Shown here: positions 1 through 8,608 of the stretch, piece after piece
Numbering within the stretch: position 1 is the first letter of the stretch
Layout: each line of letters opens with the position of its first letter
Origin: a virus
Lineage: Duplodnaviria; Caudoviricetes
Reading direction: 5' to 3' (one strand)
Length of the DNA stretch: 31,531 bases
Virus record (IMG/VR): IMGVR_UViG_3300025665_000038
Span: 1 to 31,531 of that record
The notes under the pieces: model-generated
Databases searched by the model: none
What the model saw: the letters and a program-made list of their open reading frames with translations, nothing else
What the model was told of the DNA's origin: nothing
Translations under genes and position numbers: made by a program

Positions 1-1549
1 AGTCGAAATTAGATTTCTCTTGCATTTTCAGTCCACTAGGGTCTGATTTTGGTTTATCTTCACCAGATTTATCGTCGTCTAGTCCTGCTTGCACAGAATT
101 AGATTGGTATGTATCTGGGACAGTAACCTTTGCACCAACGTCTTCGGTTGCTGAAACACTTGGTTTCAACGGTAAGTCGGTTGGGGTTTCCAATGCTTTC
201 AATCTGTCATCAATACCTACTAGTGTAGAACTAACGTCTTTTTGAGTTTCTGCGAGTGACTTTATAACGTCAGTTAGTGTACTGATGTTGGATTTGATTG
301 CTTCTTGGAAATCAGATTTTTCTACTTCGTTGTCTTTCTTTTCTTCTTCTTCGGAAGATTTCTCTTCTTCAGTTTTTGAATTTGTGGAAGTATCTTTGTC
401 CATATCCTTATCAGATTCTTCCTTTCCCGAGTTTATATAGTTTTCGCTATCTTTATCCTTTTTATCATCATCTTCTTTCTCTTTTGGAACACCTTGTCCA
501 CCTAGTTGATTATTACCTTCTTCTGTTTGAATGCCAGATTTTTTAGTAGACTCTTCCTCTTTTACTTCTGTAACCTGTGCTGATTCTGCACCATTATTAT
601 ATTCTTTTCCACTGTGTCTTACACCACCATAGTGTAAATTTGCATCTTTTGTTACATCTTCTTCTTTTCTTGGATCTTTAAAACCATCACCACAATTAGG
701 ACAGGCTCCTCCCAAAGATGTCATATCACCCATGTCCCTTCCATTATCTGCAACACCAAGTTTTTTATGTTTTCCACAGTTAGGACAATAATCTCCTTTT
801 GCTTTTTTAACTTCTTCTTCCTCTTCTTTTTCTTTTTCAATATTAGCATCATCATCGTCATCTACTGGGCTTGATTCCCTGTTTGATGATTTTTCAGAAT
901 CATTGTTATACGTATTAGGTCTGTCACCGTCTGCGTTTGAAAAGTCTTCAGATTTATCAACTGTACATCCAAATTTATCACATTTAATTACCATTTTACC
1001 GTCTTCCCTAACTTCAATGTTGTCAGTCATGGCTTTTGCGAGTGGATTATAATCAGTAATTAGAGCTAATGGGACTGCTGGATCTTTGCAAACAGCGACC
1101 TCATAGTGCTCTAATGACTTTAATTCATATGCTACACTTCCATCTTTTAATATTTTTGGTGTTCTATTTGCCTTTGTAGCCCCACCAAATGAAAGTCCTT
1201 TGTACTCTCCACTCTTGATTTTATCCCAAATTTCATTGTCTAAATGGTAATCTTTGTGTATTTTACCTGTAATCTTAATTGCTGGCAATGTGCCACCATC
1301 TTTAGTTTTGTAATCTACTTTAGCATAACTGATACCTTTTCCTATAATTCTGTTACTGTGAGTGTCACTGATTGGTGCTCCCCTGTCCATCCAAATCGGA
1401 AGAACCTTGATTAGTTCGTCAACAATGGTAATCTCTCCCTGCTTGTCTTTAACCTGAACAGTAAGATAACCTTCAAAGAATCGTTGATCTCCTCCTATTG
1501 GATGCAGATCTTTCGTAATGAATTCGTTAAAAAAATGTTCGCTTACCAT
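1..1549 (-). CDS. HK97-type prohead protease fused to acidic scaffold-like region (3' end runs off window; absent from ORF track)
   Basis: Hand translation from ATG at 1549: MVSEHFFNEF...FEGYLTVQVKDKQGE...DTHSN...IKSGEYKGLSFGG...HYEVAVCKDPA (His and GLSxGG Ser motifs), then a D/E/K-rich tail and a coiled coil; frame still open at position 2; downstream of portal. Confidence 0.85.
   Translation of the reverse strand, partial: MVSEHFFNEFITKDLHPIGGDQRFFEGYLTVQVKDKQGEITIVDELIKVLPIWMDRGAPISDTHSNRIIGKGISYAKVDYKTKDGGTLPAIKITGKIHKDYHLDNEIWDKIKSGEYKGLSFGGATKANRTPKILKDGSVAYELKSLEHYEVAVCKDPAVPLALITDYNPLAKAMTDNIEVREDGKMVIKCDKFGCTVDKSEDFSNADGDRPNTYNNDSEKSSNRESSPVDDDDDANIEKEKEEEEEVKKAKGDYCPNCGKHKKLGVADNGRDMGDMTSLGGACPNCGDGFKDPRKEEDVTKDANLHYGGVRHSGKEYNNGAESAQVTEVKEEESTKKSGIQTEEGNNQLGGQGVPKEKEDDDKKDKDSENYINSGKEESDKDMDKDTSTNSKTEEEKSSEEEEKKDNEVEKSDFQEAIKSNISTLTDVIKSLAETQKDVSSTLVGIDDRLKALETPTDLPLKPSVSATEDVGAKVTVPDTYQSNSVQAGLDDDKSGEDKPKSDPSGLKMQEKSNFD
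432..445 (-). promoter_or_regulatory. Internal BRE/TATA-like element inside the protease gene
   Basis: Minus strand GAAAAC-TATATAAA, 28 nt before in-frame ATG at 403; similar AAAAC+TATA signature before the protease and portal genes. Confidence 0.55.
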
Positions 1550-1573
1550 ATATAAATATGGACATTTGCATTA

Positions 1574-1588
1574 CTTATAAAGTTTTTT
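1574..1588 (-). promoter_or_regulatory. BRE/TATA promoter of the protease gene
   Basis: AAAAAAC-TTTATAAG, 24 nt before ATG 1549. Confidence 0.7.
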
Positions 1589-1627
1589 AGATAAAAAGAG
1601 GGAAAAAGTAAGGTTTTAAAAAAGTGC

Positions 1628-1891
1628 TTACTGAGGTTTCTTGGCTTTTGAGACAGCGTAATCTACTGAGAAACCGACAGACAGACCGATTAATACGGTT
1701 TCTACGATTCCTAGACCTGCTAGACTCAAGGTTTGTGCAACTGCAATACCTGCAAATACTGCTACAATAAGAGCACCAAAGAATTTTTTGATGTCGTATG
1801 TAGATTCAGAAGATCCTAAAAATCCTCTAAACGTATTCAAGATTGCTCCTCCAATTACGGAGAGTGTTGCGATTAACAATGGATCAATCAT
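1628..1891 (-). CDS. Small multi-TM membrane protein (holin-like)
   Basis: Three hydrophobic segments and a basic C-terminus; TATA (CTTAAATA) 23 nt before ATG 1891 favours that start. Confidence 0.7.
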   Translation of the reverse strand: MIDPLLIATLSVIGGAILNTFRGFLGSSESTYDIKKFFGALIVAVFAGIAVAQTLSLAGLGIVETVLIGLSVGFSVDYAVSKAKKPQ

Positions 1892-1942
1892 ACTCAACAT
1901 TCCATAAATGTTATTATTTAAGGTTTGTCGTTGATATTACGC

Positions 1943-2182
1943 CTATTCCAATAGTTCTTTGACCAAATCATCTAAATCACTGTTACTGTCAGGATGTGAC
2001 CTGTTTGTCTGTCTGTCAACTGCTTTTGCCAGAATGACTATGGTTTTTTGTAATTTTGTTATGTCGTTGCACAGTTTCTTCTGTGTTGAACTGATTCGTC
2101 TAAAGAAGCCAAATATACCCCCACCTGTTGCTATCAATACGGTTAACAATATAGGTTCAAACAAGCCAGACAATATTTCCAT
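1943..2182 (-). CDS. Membrane protein, N-terminal TM plus coiled coil
   Basis: PILLTVLIATGGGIFGFFRR then heptad pattern; own TATA upstream. Confidence 0.7.
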   Translation of the reverse strand: MEILSGLFEPILLTVLIATGGGIFGFFRRISSTQKKLCNDITKLQKTIVILAKAVDRQTNRSHPDSNSDLDDLVKELLE

Positions 2183-2211
2183 GTAAATACGTATGTAGTA
2201 AAGTATATAAA

Positions 2212-2409
2212 TTAACTTATTGGATTTAGTTTTTTGTCCTTAATCATTGCTAGTAACATCATAGGATCTTCATTTATCTGGTCAATAAATGACTCATCAC
2301 CACCACTTATGCCGTCATATCTTCCACATTTGAAGCATATGAAAATAGAATGAATGCCGTCAGTGTAGCCATATTTTATTATTTTACACTTTTTGCATTT
2401 TTCATCCAT
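2212..2409 (-). CDS. Zn-ribbon protein
   Basis: CKKC...CFKC; divergent TATA region at about 2428-2440. Confidence 0.7.
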   Translation of the reverse strand: MDEKCKKCKIIKYGYTDGIHSIFICFKCGRYDGISGGDESFIDQINEDPMMLLAMIKDKKLNPIS

Positions 2410-2458
2410 GTTAAAGCGTTAACAAGGCTTTATAAATAAGTATTGTTGCATATATGAC

Positions 2459-2893
2459 ATGGCTACATCAATATACATATTTGACAGTGACCGCATGTTT
2501 AAGGCTGTTTACAGGGAACATATGGATGATGTTGAATATAAGATGCCTCTCATAGACCTGTATGTTAAAGGACAGAGACTGTGGGTCGTAACAAATTCAA
2601 ACGACATGAAGGAACAGCCAAGAATGGACAGAAGCATCGTTCATTTCAGAAAGGACAATGCAAAAGAATACGTGGAAGGTGACGAGAAGCTGGTAACTCA
2701 TGGAAAAATTAGATACAATGAGAAAAGAAATCAATTGGAGTTCTTTCCAAGATTTCTGAGAAAGCCGCTGCTAAGTATGAGAGTGGGTAGATATTTCGGA
2801 ATAAGTGAAGGAAAATGCAATATTGATTACGATAAACGATACTATGACTTTAAGAACGATCGCATGATATTTATCTTGGAGGACAAGGAATGA
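2459..2893 (+). CDS. Hypothetical protein
   Basis: 144-aa ORF with TTTATAAA upstream; ATGA overlap with next gene. Confidence 0.75.
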   Translation: MATSIYIFDSDRMFKAVYREHMDDVEYKMPLIDLYVKGQRLWVVTNSNDMKEQPRMDRSIVHFRKDNAKEYVEGDEKLVTHGKIRYNEKRNQLEFFPRFLRKPLLSMRVGRYFGISEGKCNIDYDKRYYDFKNDRMIFILEDKE

Positions 2894-3060
2894 AGTTTGA
2901 CTTTGTACTGGGAGAGGTAGAGGAAAGACTAGAAAAGATTGATGAAAAACTTTCCAAGACAAACGAACTGCTTGCACAGATAGAGGAGAATCTTAGGGTT
3001 CCCAACTTGGTTGAGTGGGCAGAATTTAGAAATTCGTTGACAAAAATTACTTCCGATTAG
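2890..3060 (+). CDS. Small coiled-coil protein (56 aa, hand-called)
   Basis: MKFDFVLGEVEERLEKIDEKLSKTNELLAQIEENLRVP...; ATGA coupling. Confidence 0.65.
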   Translation: MKFDFVLGEVEERLEKIDEKLSKTNELLAQIEENLRVPNLVEWAEFRNSLTKITSD

Positions 3061-3493
3061 ACTTTCTATAGCCGCCCATTATCTGTTTCCAGTCCTTTCC
3101 GTGCTTTTTACGCATGCTTATCCAAAACGGATCGGTCTTCATAAAACCACCTTTTTTGTTGTATTCCTTGGTAATTTTTGCAATTCTAGAGTGACATGTG
3201 TTGCAAAATCTGCCGTTTACCTGCTCAATGTTGAACTTGTACTTGCTGCAAAAGAAGCAAAGACCGTAATATTTGTCACAAACCTTTGCCAGCAGAGGTT
3301 CACGACCTTTTTTTCCAGCACAATCACCGCAAATGTCAGCAATGGTTGCCGCTGCACGGTCTACCTTCATACATCCAAGGCATACGCCCTCCTTGTAGTT
3401 GTTTACGGCAGTAAATTCATCGGCTTGGTGCTTTTCCCAAAGCTTTTTTGTCATGTCGTTTGCGTTTTCGTTAGTTTCTAACTTTTCAGGCAA
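3047..3493 (-). CDS. Multi-CxxC Zn-binding protein
   Basis: CLGC, CGDC, CFFC, CNTC; overlapping gene chain downstream of portal. Confidence 0.75.
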   Translation of the reverse strand: MPEKLETNENANDMTKKLWEKHQADEFTAVNNYKEGVCLGCMKVDRAAATIADICGDCAGKKGREPLLAKVCDKYYGLCFFCSKYKFNIEQVNGRFCNTCHSRIAKITKEYNKKGGFMKTDPFWISMRKKHGKDWKQIMGGYRKSNRK

Positions 3494-3734
3494 TGTCTTT
3501 TTGTAATTTCCTTAATGTTATAAGTGTTTTCTCTAAAACTTTGTTTGTTTCGATTGAATTGTTTATTTCATCCACGATGTGAATGATTTCTATCATGTTG
3601 TCCGTCTTTGGAGAAAGTTTATAGACGTTTACGACCTCTGGTTTCATTTTTAACGTGGTTTTTGTATTAATTTTTTTAACTGGCTTGTGATTTACCTTGC
3701 AAGTTTCGTCGCACTTGTGAAATCTTTTGGTCAA
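3486..3734 (-). CDS. Hypothetical protein
   Basis: Overlaps both neighbours; HKCxxxC N-terminus. Confidence 0.6.
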   Translation of the reverse strand: MTKRFHKCDETCKVNHKPVKKINTKTTLKMKPEVVNVYKLSPKTDNMIEIIHIVDEINNSIETNKVLEKTLITLRKLQKDIA

Positions 3735-3886
3735 CTGTAGTCTCCGTTCTCAAACACGCTGTCATTTTCACTTTCCATACATTTTTTGCACAGATGATTC
3801 TCGTCTTCCTTGTCCTTCCAATGAATTTTGGGACTGTCGCAAAGATTGCATCTGGTGTAGACAAGTGTCGTGGTGGTTTTAGTCAT
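3731..3886 (-). CDS. Small Zn-finger protein
   Basis: CNLC...HLCKKC; ATG 3886 overlaps the stop of a 24-aa micro-ORF (3879-3953). Confidence 0.6.
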   Translation of the reverse strand: MTKTTTTLVYTRCNLCDSPKIHWKDKEDENHLCKKCMESENDSVFENGDYS

Positions 3887-3945
3887 CTTCCTCGTCCTCA
3901 TCCGTCTTTTTAACATAAAAACTTACCTTTTTAGTGCAATATACC

Positions 3946-5883
3946 TTACTCATCCTCCCATCTCCTGATATCTGAAAATTCGTTGGTTACGATGTCCCTT
4001 GCATCTCTTACCGTCATGCCAGTTGCCTTTCTCAACTCGTCAACCGTCTTTGTCTTTTTCCAGTCAAAGTCGATCGCGGTCTGCAAAGTATTTTTTACAA
4101 CTTGAAAGTTTGAAGGATTGATTCCCTTTGGATATGCGGACTTTTTGCTCATGGAACTTCCACTTGTAGGGCTACCCTGTCCAGTACCACCAACATCACT
4201 AGGTCGTGAGTTTTGTGGTTCTCCTTCAAATGCCTGTGTCTTTTCTTGTGGGGCTGGTGTTCCCTTACCTGCACCGTTCATGTTTCCGTTTATTGCACCT
4301 ACACCAAACATTAGTTCTGGAGTCATTGCAGTATTCTTGCTTACCTTGAACTCACCTGTGTGGGTTCTTGTAATTTCAAAGCCCATCTGTTGAAGCATCA
4401 TCATGTTCTGTATTTCAGTTCCGTCAGTCTGCAAGTCTCTCAACTTGTCTGCTTCTTCACCAGTCTTTAATTGTAATTCCCAATCGTCAATGTTTAGCAT
4501 CTTTGAAATCTTGCTAAAGAATGCCTTCTTTAATGTGTCCTGTCCCCATAGAACAGCACGGTTTGTAATTGTAACTTGTAGTCCTTCCTGACTCCATCCA
4601 GCAGGGGTTTCACCGTAATAGAATGGCAGTACGCCATAGATAGCACCTATGATCTGTCTCAATTCCTGTCTTACTGCTATAAATTCAAGTTCCTTGAGTG
4701 AACCAGTAAAGTCCAGCCACTGTGCAGGGTTCTTTCCACCCTTGTCATTCTCTACCAAGAGAGGATGTATCATGTAAGGATCTTCCTGTGCTTTCTGTTC
4801 AAGTACGTCCCATGACTTTTTGAACGTGTCATAGTTTCTTGAGGATATGACCAGCATTCCTCGTGGAGGTCTCATCTTGTCAAAGTACTTTCTGATATAC
4901 TCGTCCATGTGTGAGAGGGACATAGCCTTTGACCATACGGAATAGATAGGTGAAAATCCATAAAGCAGGTTTGGCTTGTACTTTCCTGCCTTCCAGATAA
5001 CCTCGCCCTCTCCATAGATGACACGCTTAGGTTGTGGAATGCCGATAGAATAAACTGAGTTAACCTCGATAACTGCCTTTAGTGCCTCTGCTCCACACCT
5101 GTCACATTTTGGGGTGGTAAGTCGTGCATCCCTGTGCTCAAATCTAGGGCAAACCCAAATCTTGTTTCGCTTGTCGTCATAGCCAATTCTTCCGTCACTG
5201 TCAGCAATCATTGCCACCTGTGGTGGCTCGATTCTTAGCATCTCTTTTATAATTGTTTTATCATCGTCTATCTTTCCAGTAGTATCGTCTATCTTGTAAT
5301 TTTTAAGCAAAAGCAAATATGCGTTGTCTGCGATTTCAAAGTCACGTTCCAACTGACGTGCTACATCTTCAAGTGTCTGCTGGTTGGAATTTACTGGCTC
5401 GTTCATCAAGTCTTCCAAGGTCTTTCTGTGTTCTGGCACTGGTCTGAGCAGGTCATTGCTTCCGCATGTGTCACAAACCAAATGCTTTATCGACGTAGCC
5501 TTGTTTGTTTTTCGTGGATGTGCTCTGTTCGAATTGTCTCCATTTGCTTCAAATGGCTGCTCGTCAGGGTTGTCTGGGGTAGGTGCATATTGGAATTCCT
5601 TGCTACAGTTGTTGCATTTGTACTTCCATTTCTCTACAACCTCGAATCCGTTCTTGAACATTTCACGGTTGAGTGTCTCAATAGGTATTCTTAAAGCATC
5701 AATATTGTCTGCCAACTCATAGATCATGGTGAGTGGGAATGGGAAAATTGGTAGTTTTGCACCTGTGTCGGTACTCATGTAAGGCTGTGCAACGCTAGGT
5801 CGGGTGGTAGTTTCCGTGTAGGATTTTTCTATGAATCCAAGTCTGGTCAGTGCGTTTGCAAAAGACTTACGAAATTCTACCAT
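3946..5883 (-). CDS. Portal protein with Zn-finger insertions
   Basis: 645 aa; portal-like motifs NAYLLL, YGFSPI, YF-x4-P-x-GML, ELEFI...RQIIGAIYGV; upstream of prohead protease. Confidence 0.85.
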   Translation of the reverse strand: MVEFRKSFANALTRLGFIEKSYTETTTRPSVAQPYMSTDTGAKLPIFPFPLTMIYELADNIDALRIPIETLNREMFKNGFEVVEKWKYKCNNCSKEFQYAPTPDNPDEQPFEANGDNSNRAHPRKTNKATSIKHLVCDTCGSNDLLRPVPEHRKTLEDLMNEPVNSNQQTLEDVARQLERDFEIADNAYLLLLKNYKIDDTTGKIDDDKTIIKEMLRIEPPQVAMIADSDGRIGYDDKRNKIWVCPRFEHRDARLTTPKCDRCGAEALKAVIEVNSVYSIGIPQPKRVIYGEGEVIWKAGKYKPNLLYGFSPIYSVWSKAMSLSHMDEYIRKYFDKMRPPRGMLVISSRNYDTFKKSWDVLEQKAQEDPYMIHPLLVENDKGGKNPAQWLDFTGSLKELEFIAVRQELRQIIGAIYGVLPFYYGETPAGWSQEGLQVTITNRAVLWGQDTLKKAFFSKISKMLNIDDWELQLKTGEEADKLRDLQTDGTEIQNMMMLQQMGFEITRTHTGEFKVSKNTAMTPELMFGVGAINGNMNGAGKGTPAPQEKTQAFEGEPQNSRPSDVGGTGQGSPTSGSSMSKKSAYPKGINPSNFQVVKNTLQTAIDFDWKKTKTVDELRKATGMTVRDARDIVTNEFSDIRRWEDE

Positions 5884-5904
5884 GATGTAATGTTTTTGTC
5901 AGGT

Positions 5905-5918
5905 TATTTATAGTTTTT
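5905..5918 (-). promoter_or_regulatory. BRE/TATA promoter of portal
   Basis: AAAAAC-TATAAATA, 21 nt before ATG 5883. Confidence 0.7.
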
Positions 5919-5965
5919 GTTATTGAAATAGAACGGTTTATAAGTGGACGTTTGATTGTAATATC

Positions 5966-6175
5966 ATGGAATCAATAGACATCTTGGAAACCTTTTACGA
6001 TGGTCTGGACGACGAAGGCAATCCAATAACTGCCGAGGAACTAATCGACGAGTTTATCCAACTAAGACAGACAATAAGACAGGCATGCAGGATATCTCAG
6101 TTCGTGATAACGCCTCCCTCTGACGGCTGTCACAGGTCAATAACAATTTCTTTTAGAATAGAAAAGGAAGAGTAG
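5966..6175 (+). CDS. Hypothetical protein
   Basis: TTTATAAG about 21 nt upstream; T-tract downstream. Confidence 0.65.
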   Translation: MESIDILETFYDGLDDEGNPITAEELIDEFIQLRQTIRQACRISQFVITPPSDGCHRSITISFRIEKEE

Positions 6176-6236
6176 GTGCAACGCACCTTTTTTATTTGTG
6201 GAAACATTTATATAATCATGTATAAACACATAGTAT

Positions 6237-6437
6237 ATGACGTCAACTATACCTGCATATTTTGATGCATTCACCAATTTGCAAACCGAATTGATGGAAG
6301 TTTTCGGAGATGTGTCAAAAAAAGCAGATCCAAATGGCATAGCCAAAGACATGGTCGAACTGCAAACAAAGCTTGTCAGTACGACAATAGACAACATCAC
6401 TGCCGCTGTAAAAGCCTATCGTAAGGCACTGGAATAA
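6237..6437 (+). CDS. Amphipathic helical protein
   Basis: TTTATATA upstream; all-helical pattern. Confidence 0.7.
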   Translation: MTSTIPAYFDAFTNLQTELMEVFGDVSKKADPNGIAKDMVELQTKLVSTTIDNITAAVKAYRKALE

Positions 6438-6439
6438 TA

Positions 6440-6616
6440 TTACGATAACTTATTTTTTTCTCTTTCATACGCTTCCGTGGTCTCACAGAACTGGCAGGTT
6501 ACGCAAAAACTTGGCTTGCCACATCTGTCACACTGAGGAATGTTTCTAAGATAATCCTTTCCGTCAAACGATTTTTTCAGACCGTTGATGAAATTTCTAA
6601 AAATTTTAACCACCAT
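6440..6616 (-). CDS. Small Zn-finger protein
   Basis: CDRC...CQFC; overlaps stop of upstream gene. Confidence 0.6.
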   Translation of the reverse strand: MVVKIFRNFINGLKKSFDGKDYLRNIPQCDRCGKPSFCVTCQFCETTEAYEREKNKLS

Positions 6617-6770
6617 GCAATACACATGCTATGTTTCTTTTTACTACGCATATACATGGGCTTCCACTAGGAGACGATTTTTGCAAATCGGCTTGTGAAG
6701 TAGACATGTCTGATGGAGAATCCTCAATTGAAGGCTTTGCCTTTTTCTCTTTTTTCTCACTTACAGACAT
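6606..6770 (-). CDS. 54-aa protein ending CICVVKRNIACVLHGG (hand-called)
   Basis: TTTAAATA 21 nt before ATG 6770. Confidence 0.6.
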   Translation of the reverse strand: MSVSEKKEKKAKPSIEDSPSDMSTSQADLQKSSPSGSPCICVVKRNIACVLHGG

Positions 6771-6840
6771 ACTATGTAACAGCATATAACATATTTAAAC
6801 ATTGTTGTATCTTTTTATAGTATATAAATAAAATATTTTC

Positions 6841-7035
6841 ATGGTAGAATTGCAAATTGAGGACTTTGCAGAGATCATAAAGTGGTTCAATCACAAGTAT
6901 GACGAGGTCGAGGACAAGGGAATGGGAGAACAGAGTCGCAAGACCTTTTGGAAACTTAACTTTCTTCTGGAAGACAAGATGATTGAACTGGACTTGCTAA
7001 AGCGTGGCGGCAGCAAGAACGAGAACCTCGAGTGA
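6841..7035 (+). CDS. Hypothetical protein
   Basis: 64-aa ORF after a TATA-rich spacer. Confidence 0.65.
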   Translation: MVELQIEDFAEIIKWFNHKYDEVEDKGMGEQSRKTFWKLNFLLEDKMIELDLLKRGGSKNENLE

Positions 7036-7089
7036 ATATATAAATCATACGCAATTCTTTTATGTTAGACATGCGTACACATTGCATCA

Positions 7090-7251
7090 ATGGATCAATC
7101 ATCAGAAACTAGACTTGACAAGATACAGGAAAGACTTTTGTCTATTGCGGCAGAGGAAAGAGAACTGCTAAGAGAGGCAAAACGAATAAGATGCGAACAA
7201 AATCATGCCTGTTCAGTCACAGATATAATTTATGGCGTACAAATAGGATAA
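7090..7251 (+). CDS. Small coiled-coil protein (53 aa, hand-called)
   Basis: MDQSSETRLDKIQERLLSIAAEERELLREAKR... Confidence 0.55.
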   Translation: MDQSSETRLDKIQERLLSIAAEERELLREAKRIRCEQNHACSVTDIIYGVQIG

Positions 7252-7282
7252 GCTATAAATATCGTAACGGACTACACCATGT

Positions 7283-7459
7283 ATGAAATGGAAACTTTCA
7301 CTTGGTATCTTCCTTCTTTTTACAGGATTCCTAACCATCGCTGGAATAGGCTTGCTCCTGTTGCACATGTGGGACGAGTATAAAATCATGGAAGCAAGCA
7401 AGACTGACCGTGGGAACAATACCTATATTAATGAGGATGTTCTTGAGGAATTCAGATGA
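7283..7459 (+). CDS. Small membrane protein (58 aa, hand-called)
   Basis: MKWKLSLGIFLLFTGFLTIAGIGLLLLHMWD...; TATAAATA upstream. Confidence 0.6.
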   Translation: MKWKLSLGIFLLFTGFLTIAGIGLLLLHMWDEYKIMEASKTDRGNNTYINEDVLEEFR

Positions 7460-7472
7460 TAGGAGAAAATCT

Positions 7473-7619
7473 TTGACTGCTGCAAGTGCAATCTCTGATC
7501 TTCTAAACCTGTTACATGAGGAATGGCTGGATGAGGGTAGGAAGACCGTGGTCAAAACCATGCTTGAGGACATGATTGACCGCATGGAAGACAACCTGTC
7601 AATGGATGATTTGCGATGA
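7473..7619 (+). CDS. Hypothetical helical protein
   Basis: 3' part of ORF 7410..7619; start uncertain (TTG 7473). Confidence 0.5.
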   Translation: MTAASAISDLLNLLHEEWLDEGRKTVVKTMLEDMIDRMEDNLSMDDLR

Positions 7620-7699
7620 AATTTAACTGGGTTTTTGACTTTAAAGGTGTGAATTATAAGCGTAGTGGATGGAATCTTATTAAGGTGGAAGAATCTTAG

Positions 7700-7918
7700 A
7701 TGAATGACAAGGCACAGCATTTCATTGCAGGCTTCTTACTGAGTATTCTTGGCTTGGCATGGACACCGTTGATTCTGTTAGGATTCATGTTTGGAATAGG
7801 CAAGGAGGCATATGACTATATAAGTGGAAAGGGAGTTTCCGAATGGGCAGACATGGCATACACTTTCTATGGTGCGATACTTGCATTGATTATAGTCTTG
7901 GGAGGAATAATATTTTGA
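7700..7918 (+). CDS. VanZ/YfiM-like small membrane protein
   Basis: DKxxHF...GIGKExxD...D pattern with three TM segments. Confidence 0.65.
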   Translation: MNDKAQHFIAGFLLSILGLAWTPLILLGFMFGIGKEAYDYISGKGVSEWADMAYTFYGAILALIIVLGGIIF

Positions 7919-8127
7919 GCCTAAGTCGAAAAGACCTTGAAAGCATCATATGCATAGCATGCAGCAGAAAGTATGGAGAGCATTACAAGGGTAATGGAAC
8001 GAAATTTAACCTCCCCGAGCTCATGTCATGCATGTTTAGAATACAGGGTACTTTGGTTGCTGATGGTATTAAGAATGAGGATCCCAAGCCTAGCCCCCCT
8101 GTAGATGAGTTAGAGTATGACTGTTAA
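7915..8127 (+). CDS. Zn-binding hypothetical protein
   Basis: CIAC...H...C; probable TTGA-coupled start within ORF 7843..8127. Confidence 0.55.
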   Translation: MSLSRKDLESIICIACSRKYGEHYKGNGTKFNLPELMSCMFRIQGTLVADGIKNEDPKPSPPVDELEYDC

Positions 8128-8278
8128 TTTTTCTTAGCCTTTTATATAAGGGTACTATCCCTACGTATGGTTCAAATTTTTTTTAATTTTTCGGTAAATG
8201 GTGTGTTTCTTATATATATCATGTTAATGTCCTAAAAACCGTTTTTTCGCCATGTGACCCTGCACACAAAATTCGGGC

Positions 8279-8290
8279 AAAAAAAGGGGG
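8279..8290 (-). terminator. Archaeal C/T-tract terminator
   Basis: Minus strand CCCCCTTTTTTT just after stop at 8319. Confidence 0.55.
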
Positions 8291-8318
8291 TGAAAGTGTT
8301 TCCATGCTATATAAGTGA

Positions 8319-8591
8319 TTATTCTACTAATTCACTTAATGCTGTTGGATTCTTTTTGTTCTGAATATAGACAGTTCCGAAGATTCTGAAACCTTCGGTG
8401 TTTGTGGCGTTGATGTAGTGTTTAATCTGGCTGTTGCCGTTTTGTGATTGCACTACTTCATCACCCTTGTCTTTAGAACGGTTCAAGATTGTACTCACAA
8501 AGGTGTTATCCTTTGATTTCATTTGTTCTTGAACTTGTGCTTTTAAGCCTGCTAGTTCTTCTGGGCTTAATTTGCTAAGGTCATAAGTCAT
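8319..8591 (-). CDS. Hypothetical protein, standalone unit
   Basis: 90 aa; own promoter and terminator. Confidence 0.8.
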   Translation of the reverse strand: MTYDLSKLSPEELAGLKAQVQEQMKSKDNTFVSTILNRSKDKGDEVVQSQNGNSQIKHYINATNTEGFRIFGTVYIQNKKNPTALSELVE

Positions 8592-8608
8592 TGTGATTCT
8601 TATCCTAT

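Noticed and set aside
298-546. Plus-strand 82-aa ORF and other antisense ORFs inside portal, GHKL, vWA, radA and mcm
   Set aside because: Shadows of well-supported genes on the opposite strand
6606-6770. Second ubiquitin-like protein (ends GG)
   Set aside because: Too short and low-complexity for a beta-grasp; GG belongs to a CxxHGG metal-binding end
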